Shown: positions 1 through 11,830 of the stretch, in pieces
Numbering within the stretch: position 1 is the stretch's first letter
Layout of the letters: each line of letters begins with the position of its first letter
Assembly (NCBI GenBank): GCA_013239625.1
Contig: MU053629.1
Coordinates: 1,949,567-2,013,566 of the forward strand
DNA from: Lama guanicoe
Taxonomy: Eukaryota
Length of the DNA: 64,000 nt
Reading direction: 5' to 3'
Position numbers and translations under genes: made by a program
The notes under the pieces: generated by a model
Databases searched by the model: none
Told to the model about the DNA's origin: nothing
What the model saw: only the letters and a program-made list of their open reading frames with translations

Positions 1-659
1 CGAAAGCTTCATCAGACAGCATTACTTCAAAGAACCAGCAGGTCTCAGTTCTCAGAGTCACGCTGATAAAGGAACACACAAACCTCAGGTTCCCAGTTTA
101 GATTTCCAGCTGTCACATTTTCTTATCCTAAACTCAAAGTAGTACATTTACAAATTACAACCTAGAACTAGTTAAAAAAAAAAAATCCAGCCAAATGAAT
201 TAGAGGCAAATAGTAGTGAAAACAAGAAACCACTTTTCAGATTGGTTACCATGTCTCTTTAGGGAAAAGAGGCTGGCCTATTGTCTCCACCACCCAGACA
301 GCATCTCTTGAATGTCAGGGGTAAAAAGATAATTAACACTACAACTTTCAAGAAAAAAGCCAGAGGTCTTTTTCATTTTTACTAACTTAATTCTACTAGT
401 GTATTAGTATACTATGCAGAAACATTTCCCAAATGTCAACAGCAAGGACGATTCCTTCTTGTGCCAAGTTTTTTGAAGAGAATATTTACAAAAACCAGTA
501 ACTAGTTTATTATAAAAAAAACTTCTAAAATCTTGTTTAACATTACTGGTAATGATGAGGGCATGTTTCCTATTAATATGGTAACTCATGTCTATTTTAG
601 ACAATGTTAAAATGTTTTCCAGGCCTCTCTCGCTCCCTTATCCTTGATTCATTTCTTTC

Positions 660-1930
660 ATTCATGGCCAAATAACACCACATTTTGTTTATCTGTTAAT
701 CAGGTGATGGACATTTGGTTTGTTTCCACTGTTTAGCTATGAACAATGCTGCTATGAATATTCACATATGTTTTTGTGTGAATATATGTTTTCTCTTGAG
801 TATATGCCTAGGAGTGGAACTGCTACAACAAATGGTAACTCTTACATCTAACTTTTGGAGGAACTGTCAGACTGTTTCCAAAGTGGCTGGACCATTTTAC
901 ATTCCCTTCAGCAGCATATGAGGTCTCTGATTTCTACACATCCTCACCAGTCAACACTTATTATCTGTTTGATTCTAGCCATCCTAGTAGGTACAATGTG
1001 GTATTTCACTGTAATTTTGATTTGCATTTCCCCAGTGAATGATGATGCTGAGCATCATTTCATATGCTTAATGGACATTCCTACGTCATCTCTAGAGAAA
1101 TGTCTATTCAAATCCTTTGCCCATTCTGAAATGGGGTTGTTGTTGTTTTGTTTTTAATGAAGTAGAGTCAGTTTACAATGTTGTGTCAATTTCTGGTGTA
1201 CAGCGCAATACTTTAGTCATATAGGAACATACATATATTTGTTTTCATATTCCTCTTCACCAAAAGCTACAAGATATTCAATATAGTTCCCTGTGCAATG
1301 CAGTATAAACTTACTGTTTAACAGGGGTTGTCTTTTTATTGCTGAGATTAAGGGTTCTTTATATACTTGAAATAATAGTCCCTTATCAGATATGATTTGC
1401 AAATATTTTCTCCCATTACATGGACTGTTTTTTTAATGGTGTCCTTTGCAGTACAAAAATTCTTATTTGACGAAATTTATATATTTTTTATTTTGTTTGT
1501 GCTTTTGGTGTCTGATCTAAGAGTCCACTGCCAAATCTGAAGGCATAAAGGTTCATTTTACCCTTATGTTTTCTTCTAAGAGTTTTATAGTTTGGGCTAT
1601 GTTTGTCAATATTGTTTTGGCTCTTCAGGTCCCCAGCAACTCCATATGAATTTTAGGATCAGACTGTCTTCTTCTACAAAGAAGCCAGCTGGGATTTTGA
1701 CAGGGATTGTGTTGACTCTGTAAACCAATCTGAGGATTACTACCATTTTAACAATATTAAGTCTGATCCCTGAATGTGAATGTCTTTCCATGTATTTGGG
1801 TCTTCTTCAATTCCTTTCAAAAGTGTTCTGTAATTTTCAAAGTATAAATTTTACACTCATTTTTGTTAAATTCATTGTCTTTTTATACTATGGTAAATGG
1901 AACTGTTTTCTTACTTTCATTTTTGGATTA
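660..1930 (-). mobile_element. Old L1 ORF2 3' fragments with an internal jump near 1605
   Basis: Antisense L1 motifs (gatggacatttgg, aatgctgctatgaa, gagaaatgtctattcaaatcctttgccc). ORF 1606..1791 resembles L1 ORF2 (RLNIVKM..IPVKIP..FF). Confidence 0.85.
1141..1323 (-). mobile_element. Younger L1 3' tail nested in the older L1
   Basis: T-rich tail plus agtttacaatgttgtgtcaatttctggtgtacagc. Flanking repeat ggggttgt at 1133-1140 and 1324-1331. Confidence 0.75.
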
Positions 1931-2161
1931 AACATACTTTTGTATAATAATGATTCAGACCTCCTCTCATGATCCATTCCTAGAAACATAGTATGTCTTT
2001 TAATCGGAGAAGTATTTGTATCTCTTAAAACTCAAGCAGGGAACTCTTTTATATAAATAAATTTTTCATGTAAGTGATACTCCTTCAATAAAAATTAAAA
2101 AGTAAAATCATTTACAATGGAAATGTTTCTAAAGTTTCATGTTTCACAAAGGGAGTATCGG

Positions 2162-2263
2162 GTGCTCACTCTGGTAGCATACTCTTTACTAAAATTGATA
2201 CAGAGATTAGCATGGCCCCTGAACAAAGATGACATGCAAATTCATGAAGCGTTCCAAATATTT
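2162..2263 (+). pseudogene. U6 snRNA retropseudogene (near full length, diverged)
   Basis: gtgctcactctggtagca...actaaaattgatacagagattagcatggcccctgaacaaagatgacatgcaaattcatgaagcgttccaaatattt aligns along the whole U6 sequence with small deletions and CpG decay. Confidence 0.93.
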
Positions 2264-2518
2264 ACAGATTTTCAGTTATGACATAAATAAGTCAATGGGG
2301 ATGTAATATACAGCATTATATACATGACTATCATTAATATTTTGAAAGTTGCTAAAAGAGGAAATTTTACAAGTTATTATCACAAGAAAAATTTTGTAAA
2401 TATGTGTGATGATGGATGTTAACTAGACTTACTGTGATCATTTTGCAATATATACAAATAATGAATCATTATGTTGTATACCTGAAGCTAATGTATGTTG
2501 ATTATACCTCAATAAAAA
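2264..2518 (+). mobile_element. L1 3' end (L1MA9-like) fused directly to the U6 copy
   Basis: L1 3' UTR motifs cagttat..ataaataagtc..ggggatgtaat, gaaagttgctaa and gatggatgttaactagactta, ending in tatacctcAATAAAAA. Confidence 0.8.
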
Positions 2519-4559
2519 CTTTTTAAGAATATCTGATTTTTTTCTTATTATATCTGGTCAAGATGAATAATTATATTACACAACTTGAGCAACACCCTTA
2601 GGGGTTAGTTGAGTATGTAAAGCTATTCTGCCCAGACTGTTCTGCTTTGTGTACTTTGTTTCCTCCCTTGCTATCAGTCTATCAGTGATCATTTTTTTGA
2701 TATACGTTAATACCTTCTTCTTTCTGTGTTTCTATTCTATGGAAGACTGAGAAAACTAATAGGCTGGTTAGAAATTCATATAAAATAAGGGAAAGACTAA
2801 AGATCTAAAGAACAGGAACTTTACACAGATCCTAAAATATCTATTTTGACGGCTAAGACATTTTTAATTTTTATTGGTGTTTTAGTTTGTTTTCTGGTCC
2901 TCAGTTTTGATGCAGAGAGCTACAGCTTGTTAAGAAAAACACCACCACATATAGTTTTACTATAACATGGCTAAAAACTTTAGGACATGTAACTTATAAT
3001 TCTAATTTACATTAATGTTAACTTATATTCTATATAAAGTTTTGTGAAAGAATACATTTAGTCTTGTCTATTCTGAAATATGAGTATTTTAGAGAAGAAA
3101 ACTGCAGAAAATTATACTTTTATTACTGATGTATACATTTTCTGCCCTATATAATTTATGTAGCAAGCTATAAAGGATGATGTACTGTATTTCTGATAAT
3201 AATCTACATTTATGAAAATGTTTATTGTAGTATTTACTTATAATATTAATAAAACCTAGAAGTAACTGAAGCCCAATTTTATGTTTACAAATGTGGCAAT
3301 CCACTTTCAGAAACAGAATAGCCATTAAACTTACAATTATTAAAATCACATAGGAATTTAGTAAATAAGAATACAAAATCTCAAAGCATATCCAACTTTG
3401 TTTAGAACAAAGCACACATATATGCATATGCATGTGAATATACTCATATATCCATTTAGACTTGCACAAATAAACAAAGACTTTGCTCTAATTTTGTGTG
3501 ACGTTACAATTCTGTCAACAAAAACGAAAACCCAAACAAAACAAAACAAAACAAGCTTCATGAATTGGAATTACACTTCACTCTATAGGCTACATGTTCA
3601 AATCCGAATTCAATTATTATCTAGATTAGTCCATCTCCGAAGTAGTTTATAAAACAAAGTAGAAAAGGAGCAACACAACCTCAAAAAAAAAAAAGGTCAA
3701 CTTTTAGTTTCACAGTACAAACATACAAACATTAGCCTAAACTACCTAGATGAGCCCTTTAATCAAAGAAACACCAAGAATTACTTGTATCACAAGGCAT
3801 TTACTATTTCAGCTTTTTACCACCCAGGTAACTGAAGAACTTCCACTATTACCCTTTAGATATCAGTACCACCAGATAAAATTTGCTTCATGTTTAACCA
3901 TATAAAAAAATTAAATCCAGAAAACTTGTACCTTTTGGGTGGAGGGGGAGTGAGATCAGAAGTTCTAATTAATTTATGACCTTTGGGGCGGGGTGGAAAA
4001 CATGACGTGCAATTCCTTCCAAGGTTTTTTTTTTTTTATTGCCTATAGAACAAAGTCCAAAATCTACATCATGGCCCACAGCCAGTCAAGAACAGATTCT
4101 GTTTACATCTCTAGCCTGATTTCTCACTGTACCTTATTAAAATAAAAAGCTAAGAATAGAATACGGGACAGCATTTATAATATCCTTCACTTTGATTTTA
4201 CTTTAAATTTCAAAATACATACCTAATAAAATTAAAAATAATTAAAAATTAATTATTAATCAATTAGTCAACACTTTCCCTCCTCACCGCTTAGAAAATC
4301 TCTGAAGATCAAAGTGGACATAGAAACATAGAAACTAGATTGTGGAACTTAAAACAAAAGATTATTGGCTATTATTTTATACTTTATATTTATTTTCTTG
4401 GTAATAGGTGTAATTATATTGAACATCTATGATTATCACCTTTGGAATTAGAAATTAATTCTCATGTCCAATTTAATGTTTTTTTTCCAGCATGTAGTAT
4501 TTCAACTACATATGTAATCAATTAGTGATATAACTACATGATATATAATAGAATATCTG

Positions 4560-4712
4560 TCTAAGAATGTCCCAGATCTGGGGTCCAGTTCAACTCTGTG
4601 GCAAGCCACTTTATTTTACCTGGACCAAATCACTTAGTTTGTAATTTCTTTCAGTTTTGAAATGATAAACCTTGGACTAGACAACGCCAAAATTATTCAG
4701 AGGTCCAAAACT
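4560..4712 (+). mobile_element. MIR3/MIR fragment
   Basis: Degenerate MIR core followed by a MIR3-like ttggactaga segment. Confidence 0.45.
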
Positions 4713-5867
4713 TTAGTAACTATTACTCTGGTTGATCTTGACTTTACATATCTAGTAAATCAGTCTAAGTTAACTATAAGCTTTTGGCAGGGTAAATCCC
4801 ACTCCTGTCTCACAGTAAACTCACAGCCATCTTTCCCATATAAGTACTGCTAATCTAGTTATCAGGCTTGAAATTATAGAGTAGAGTTCTTGAATCACAA
4901 TCAGGTCTTTCGTTCAACGCATTGCTTACTCAACATAATACTGAATCTTACTTCTGTTAACCAGTCACTGTATTAGCTAACCCACCTCAAACTTTGTGTT
5001 CTATGATGATTCTATTTGTATATTCTTCAAAGATCTCTAACCAATTCCCAATTGAACTGAATGGAACCAAAATACAGAGCTCTATTGTTCAGCATCAGTG
5101 ATGACAACGATCCATCCCATTCATTTGGGTAAGTGTTTAAAACAACTACAAATCTACTTCATTAACTTATCCACCAGCTTACATTTCTGTATCTGTTACC
5201 AGAACATCACAAAAGTGTGTCAAATAAACACTTTGCTGAGTAAAAATACATGATAAAAGAGACATCTGAAAAAAAAAAACCAAGGAAAAACACAAGGGAA
5301 AAAAAGACATATGATTTAACATGGAAGATAAAATGTAGGCATTTTACTCTATTCTTTTCCAAAAGCCCAATGAAATGACAAAAGAAAGAAAAAAGAAAAA
5401 GTAAAAACAGGTAAGAAAACAGCAGAATAGAGATGCCAACACTTTGGAAGATAAGAAATGAACAGCCAACAGTGGTAACTGACTTAGCCGACCTGAGATA
5501 GCTGACAGATATGTACTGGAGAAGAGGAATCTAAATGCTTAGATTATCTAATTATATTGACAGAAATTTTACAATTTTGTTGGAAACTTGAGAGGAAGAA
5601 TTAATAATAGGTATGTAGATAACCAAGAACATTTTTAAAAACCAAGTATCAGAAATTTTTAATTCTGAGGAGGGTAGGGTGGGGATGTACTAGGAAGGAA
5701 ATACAATAGGGCTCTCATAGCTCAGTTATGAATAGTATGTCCACAACCATAACATGAGAAATGCAGAAAAATGGTTTAACCTAAAGTATGACATAAGTAT
5801 ATAGGCAGAATGTGAGGAGTGTGTGATTCGGATGGTACCATAAGAAAAATCAATAAACAATGTCTAG

Positions 5868-6028
5868 GTGGGGGAGGATATAGCTCAAGTGCTAGAGCAC
5901 ATGCTTAGCATGCACAAGGTCCTAGGTTCAATCCCCAGTATCTCCTCTAAAAAAATAGATAAATAAAATAAACCTAATTACTTCCCCCCCCAAATAAACA
6001 CGTAACAAAAATGAAATTAAAAAAAAAA
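5868..6028 (+). mobile_element. Camelid tRNA-derived SINE (vic-1-like)
   Basis: A box tagctcaagtg, B box ggttcaatccc, aaacctaattac-C-run module, A tail and gtcta flanking repeat. Confidence 0.9.
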
Positions 6029-6363
6029 GTCTAACATTGGAAAAAATATTTAGAAAAAAGAAGGTATCTACAGGACATGGTTAAAAGAGTTGAAATGCTT
6101 ACCTGTACCGATCAGGTCTTTAAAATTGATGTCACATAATTATTTTCACTAAAATTAAATTACAAAAAATATATACCTTTAGCATTATCTTGCCCTAGTA
6201 ACCTTAACTCAGCAAAAAGCTTAATTAACCTAGCATGACCTGTACTTTGAGACCCCACTATGGCTGGCAGTGAACTCTACTTCCTTTGATAAGAGCTTTG
6301 CCTTTTTCTGGAAAAGTAGGGCCATAAATTCATACAGTTTTCTCCTTAGGATGCACAATCATC

Positions 6364-6500
6364 GGGGGAGGATATAGTTCAAGTCGTAGAGCGTTTGCTT
6401 AGCAAGCACAAGGTCCTGGGTTCAATCCCCAGTACCTCCATCAAAAAACTACATAAATAAACCTAATGACCTCCCCCTGCAAAAAAAAAAAAAAAGAAGA
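6364..6500 (+). mobile_element. Camelid tRNA-derived SINE (vic-1-like)
   Basis: A and B boxes, poly-A, TSD atgcacaatcatc / atgcacgatcatc. Confidence 0.92.
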
Positions 6501-7244
6501 AGTATGCACGATCATCATGTAAATATTGATCCTCATAATCAAATCCATAATCACCCTAGTTTCATAGTCCTGCTGAACAATTCCAAACTGGTTTAGCAAT
6601 CCTGAAAATTTTACTGTTAAGTTATCCTGATTAGCCAAAATGTCAGTGCATGTATCCAGTGATACCTCTGAAGTCACCGAGTTAATCCGACACAGTCTGT
6701 GCAACGGTATACGCGATTAAAACTGTTTGCTCCTGCCATTTTTTTTAATGGATTGTGCTATTGACGGAAAGAATCCTCCTTCAAGAGCCGTTAAAGCTGT
6801 TTACCCTCAAGAAATTCTGCTTGAATCAGAACGAAGAGGGAGCAATTCCAAAAGAAATTTAAACTACAATACTATTAGCATAAGAATTTTATATACATTT
6901 GTGGTTTTCCAAGAAAGTTAAAATACATTATACCTGGGGTCACGTGGAAAACAAATGATATAATGTTACCTACCTATGAAGCAGGAACCTAAGTATCAGT
7001 TTCTGAGAGGAAATAACATATTTTGTCAGGTACTACAACTTACTGCAACACATACACAAATGTAAACACACATATCTCCAAAGAGACAAAACACGTGGGA
7101 CAAAATATGAACAACTGGCAAATCTAGGTGTTAATGTATTACAGATATTCACCATCCTATCCTTTTTAGTTTTTTTGTAAAATTTTGACATTTTTCTTCA
7201 TACAAGTTGGGTAAAAGTAAAAATGTTAAACAATGTTTTATATT

Positions 7245-7430
7245 ATTTATACAAACCAAGTACTCACTATGTTGCCATCACTGTCTTAGATGATTATATA
7301 CATTATCCGAATTTCATCTCCACAACAAATATGTAAGGTAGATATTATTATCATCCTCATCTTACATGGAAAAAAAAATGAAACTTGGAAAGGCAATATG
7401 ACTCCAGGACTCTCTACTTTTAACCACTTG
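7245..7430 (-). mobile_element. MIR
   Basis: attattatcatcctcatcttacatgga..gaaact matches the reverse MIR core. Confidence 0.6.
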
Positions 7431-7544
7431 AGTAAGAGAGTAAGGCCATGACTTCTGAAACTTATTTTTAGTTTGTTCCTCCCACAGACCCTAAAAATTT
7501 GCAAATTTATAGGAAAACCTTAACAAAGTTGTAAAAGCACAATA

Positions 7545-7905
7545 CAGTCACCCCTCACTATCTGTGGTGGACTGCTTCCAGGACCCCCATGGCTACCAAA
7601 ATCTGTGGTTGCAGGTGCTCAAGTCCTTTATATAAAACGGTGCAGTATTTGCATATAACCTAGGCGCATCCTCTGTACACTAGATCTAGGTCACTAGACT
7701 ACTTACAATATCTAATACAATATAAATGCTATGTAAATAGTTGTAAATACGATGTTAAATCCTATCCAAACAGTCTCCTGGCACAGGGCAAATTAAAGTT
7801 TTGCTTTTTGGAACTTTATCAGATTTTTATTTTCCCCTGAATATTTTCCATCCCTACTTGGTTGAATCCATAGATGCAGAACCTGCAGATGTGGAGGGCT
7901 GACTG
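7545..7905 (+). mobile_element. MER2-family (TcMar-Tigger) MITE
   Basis: TIRs cagtcacccctc / gagggctgactg, preceded by TA. Internal ttccaggacccc and gctcaagtcctttatataaaa..gtatttgcatataaccta. Confidence 0.88.
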
Positions 7906-8324
7906 TGTATCAGTTTTTTCTGTTTTATTGACTGGCTTGGTTTTTGGCTGATATAGATTTAGTTTCACTTGTTCAAAATGCTAAGATTTCCTAAGAAATT
8001 GTGAATAAAAAAGTAAACATTTCATTTTACAATGCTTTCACTTTCAACTAGAGAAGAACACTTTTAAATCTTGTTTTAAGCCTACATTCGCTCAGATTTT
8101 TCAAAAAATTTCAACTTTAAGTAATTCAGATAAGAACAATACGCAGAGAAGTCGTCATGTACACCCTACTTCAGTCACAGAAACAGTGGTCTTATTTTAG
8201 AAGCAAGGGAGGAGTGTGTCACAGAACAAGGTGATACACTTAGCCAATTTACCTTCGTCAGAAACATCCTTCTGTGCTAATGTACTTCTGCATATTTCAC
8301 CAGATACCAAAGACAGAAAACAGC

Positions 8325-8470
8325 AAGAAGGTAAATTCTTTGTGCCTCCATTTTCTTGTTTGTAAGTAAAAATGTTCTCTTAACAATATCCTATTCACAA
8401 GGATAGTATAAAGATTATTAAAATCACGTGTAAGACTATGTAGTCTAAAGGGTCTCCTAAAACATAAGCA
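8325..8470 (+). mobile_element. MIR fragment
   Basis: tgtgcctccattttcttgtttgtaa resembles the MIR core. Confidence 0.45.
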
Positions 8471-8839
8471 TACACCTATCGGACATGAAATCACCTATCT
8501 GCTTATTCTTGCAACTAAGAAGAAAAAAAGCTGTTATCTGTAGACTTAGGGACATACATTTTCTTAATTCTGGAGAATTAAGAATTCTCCATTCTTAATC
8601 ATTTGTATCTTACTGTTTACATGAGTCTTTCCAGACCTGATTCAGCAAAAAGACTCAAAATTTAAAAAAAAACAAAACTAAAAACAACCTGCAGATCTGT
8701 TTCAACTCCATCATGTCCTCCCTCCTTTTATTCATGATAATCCTTCATCAATCTTCCTTTCTCAAATCTTCAAAATTCCCCTTTCCATTGAGCAACATAC
8801 ACAGACAGGTAAGACTCTACAGAAATAATCTTTCCATTG

Positions 8840-9480
8840 AAAAAACACACAAAGGCCACAAAAAGGCAACACTTAAAAGAAGAAATATAAATAACTATGT
8901 AAAGATGTTTAACTTCACCCATGTACACATACACATTTAATAAGATACTATTTTTCCTTACCAGACCAGCGTTAAGTGAAGATTCTTGATAATGTTTGAG
9001 GTTTCTGAAGAGATAGAGAAACACACACAAACACACACACACACAGAGAAGTAAAGGGAAACCATCTTCCTGGAGGGTAAGTTGACAACGTATAACAAAA
9101 TCATAAATATGTATATATCAATCCACCTTTGATTCAGAAAGTACACTTCCAGGATTTATCCTAAGAAAATAATCAGGGAAGTTGGGACTATATTATATTA
9201 CATGTGTCTACAAGGATGTTCAGTATAGTACTTATAATTAAAAAACAGAAATAATTTATATGTATACTAAGGCTAGCTTATAAATTACTGAGTAACTATA
9301 CACATTAAAATGAATGATCTGTATTTAAGCTGAAACCTTAAGAAATTCATGCTGTATTAAGTGATAAAAGCAGATTTATAACAGTTTGATTGCAGTTCTA
9401 AAATATGTCCTGACACATTTTTTTTATTCTGAAAAATTAAATAAAACAAAATTAGTGGTTATCTTTTGAGACACTTAAGT
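8840..9480 (+). mobile_element. Ancient L1ME-like ORF2 end / 3' UTR fragment containing a CA repeat
   Basis: ctggagggtaagttgacaa, cacttccaggatttatcctaagaaaataatc and caaggatgttca motifs. Confidence 0.55.
9021..9045. repeat. Interrupted (CA)n microsatellite; reads (UG)n in the CSNK1G1 pre-mRNA
   Basis: (ac)4 aa (ac)7 a. Confidence 0.95.
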
Positions 9481-9699
9481 AAAATTTTCAAACAATGTTG
9501 GGGCAACGGCATGTTTTCTTTTTAAAAAGGTTCCTTTAAAGGATATTTTTTGCTTTTTGTTTTTCTGGTTACAAAATATATGTACCCATTAAAAAAAAAT
9601 AGAACAAAAAGGAAGGAAAAAGGGAAATGTCTCAGAAATATATAAACAGAAGTAAAAGACTGAAGGCTATAATTAGCTTCTCCTGCTTAACATTAGAGC

Positions 9700-11212
9700 T
9701 TAACAGCCCACCCCTCCAGACACTCTTCTCTAGACTTCTCAACTTCTCTACTCCTCAGGCTCTTCCTCTTTCAGCATCCCTTAAATGTACCCTCTCTCTC
9801 CTAATCACACAAGCTCCACAAGCACCATCTCATCACCCATGACTGTATGTTCATTAACACCTACATAGTGATGATTTCTTCATCTCTATCTGAAGCCTAA
9901 ACTTTTCTAAGTTTCAGAGTCACATTTCTGCATATGTGCTGCACACTCCTGAAAGTCAATACATTCACAAACTGTAACTACTTGCCTTTCCCATTGCCTA
10001 CTCTAGGGCTGTATTTCCTACCTCTATTAAGGGTTTCCCCATTCTCTTGGTTTTCCCAACCTGGCAAACTCAGTCATCTTTGACCCCTTCCCCTAAAATA
10101 ACTGGTGACCAAATCCTATAGCCTACTTCTAAAATTTCTCTCTAATTCATCCCTTCCTTTCCATCTCACTGCCATTTTCAGAGTTAAGGTGGGCCCGGCC
10201 ATTCCCAACCTGGACTATAAAGCCAGACAAACATTTCTTAAGTACCCACTGTATGCCTCACACAGTAAAAGTAGTTAAGAATATAAATATGAGAATGTTA
10301 ATAAAGCAAATTACTACCATTAAGTATTTCTTGAGATAGAGAGATGGAGGAACATGTCACAATGTGACAAGCACTACAATCAGAGCAAAATCCACGAGAT
10401 GTCAACCTCCTTCCTATCTGATCTAATCTTAACAGCACCGGGAATTTATCTTTCTAGAATACAAACCAGATCATGTTGTAAAACCCTTGATAATTCTATT
10501 CCACTGCCTACAGGATAAAGTCCAAATGCTTTAATACCATGCAAACACTTCACAGTCTGGTCCTAAGCTATCTAACAGCCTCATCCATAACTTTTCTTTC
10601 ACTTCACACCCCACAATCCAACCATGTAAAACTAGTTGCTGCTCTTGACAACACGCTAAGCACTTTCACAACAGCGTCTGTGCCTCCTGCTTTTGCAGAT
10701 TGCTTCTTCCTTGTGCTCACCAGTGAAGTCCTGTCCAACTCTCCCATTAACTACCCTTCCTCTGTGAAATCTTCATTAACCTTCTCTGCCAGTGTAGTTT
10801 TCAGAAAAATCTAGCACAATACTTATCACTTGGTGTTGTAATTTGTTTTTCTTCCTCTCTGCCACCAGACTATGAGATTCCTATTTTTTTAACTGTAGTT
10901 GATTTACAATATTGGATTAATTTCAGGTGTATAGCAAAGTGATTCAGTTATACATATATTTTTCAGATTCTTTTCCATTATGTATTATTACAAAACACTG
11001 AATATAGTTCTTTGAGATACACAGTAAATCCTTGTTATCTGTTATATATGTACAGTAGTGTGTATCTGTTAATCCCATGCTCCAAATTTATCCCTCTCTC
11101 CTAGACTGTGAGATTCTTAAGGACAGAAACTACTTCTTGTTATCCTTAGTATCTTTGCCAAAGTCCAGCAAGATAGTAAATATACAAGAAATATTCGTTA
11201 AATGGATGATGG
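9700..11212 (+). mobile_element. L2 fragments ending in an L2 3' terminus
   Basis: Pyrimidine-rich L2 motifs (tccatctcactgcca, cctacaggataaagtccaaa, agactgtgagattc..ggacagaaac) and a terminal aaatattcgttaaatggatga. Confidence 0.65.
10881..11102 (-). mobile_element. L1 3' tail inserted into the L2 terminus
   Basis: gtagttgatttacaatatt..gtatagcaaagtgattcagttata. TSD agactatgagattc (10867-10880) / agactgtgagattc (11103-11116). Confidence 0.85.
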
Positions 11213-11399
11213 GCTGGAAATAGATTTGTAGAAAACCAAAATCATTTTTTTGGTTCTCTGTCTGGAATCTAGGAGTCTAAACAGTAAGGCTACTACCTAC
11301 TACGATCCCCTACATACCAGGAAACCAAAAGAGCCCATATTTTTTTCTCCCCTCATCCTATTCATCTGATTATCTACCCATCCATCCCACAAAGAACAG

Positions 11400-11830
11400 T
11401 AGCATATAATACAGATAGAATCTCTGCCCTCCAGTGGGTTTGGGAGACTTAATACTCAATACTCAAGTAAGGAGAGACAATTAACAGATAAATATATAAA
11501 ATAATTTCAGAAAGTGATCAATGCGATGAATTAAAAAAAGGAGTTTGATGGGACAGGTAGTGGCTAGGGGAGAAATGTGCTATTTTAAAGAAGTCACAGA
11601 AGATTTTTCTGAGACAGTAACATAAAAGCTGAGGCCTGAAGGATGAGAAACAACTAGCTAAACAAAATTCTGAAGAAAAAATTCTGCAGGCAGAGGCAAC
11701 TGTAAGCATAAAAGCTCTGAAGCAGAAATGCACTTGATTATTTAAGGGACAGAAGAGATGGTGTGGCTAGAGAAAGAAATGAATTTGGAAAAGAAAGTAC
11801 AGCCTTGTAAGTGATAGCCTTGGTGGAGGC
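11400..11830 (-). mobile_element. L2 fragment
   Basis: ctctgccctc, gaggcctgaaggatgag and ggcagaggcaac..aaagctctgaagcag match reverse L2. Confidence 0.6.

Noticed and set aside
2162..2263. Functional U6 gene
   Set aside because: It has deletions around the ACAGAGA region and many substitutions, no recognisable PSE/TATA arrangement, and is fused to L1.
6103..6148. Possible 46-nt cryptic exon with strong donor cag|gtaagc
   Set aside because: The acceptor (aatttaattttag) has a poor pyrimidine tract and there is no other support.
9380..9420. cagtttgattgc resembles the reverse of the next CSNK1G1 exon (..VAIKL)
   Set aside because: The match is only about 12 nt, there is no KNLYTNEY upstream and no donor. 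The next exon must lie left of the window.
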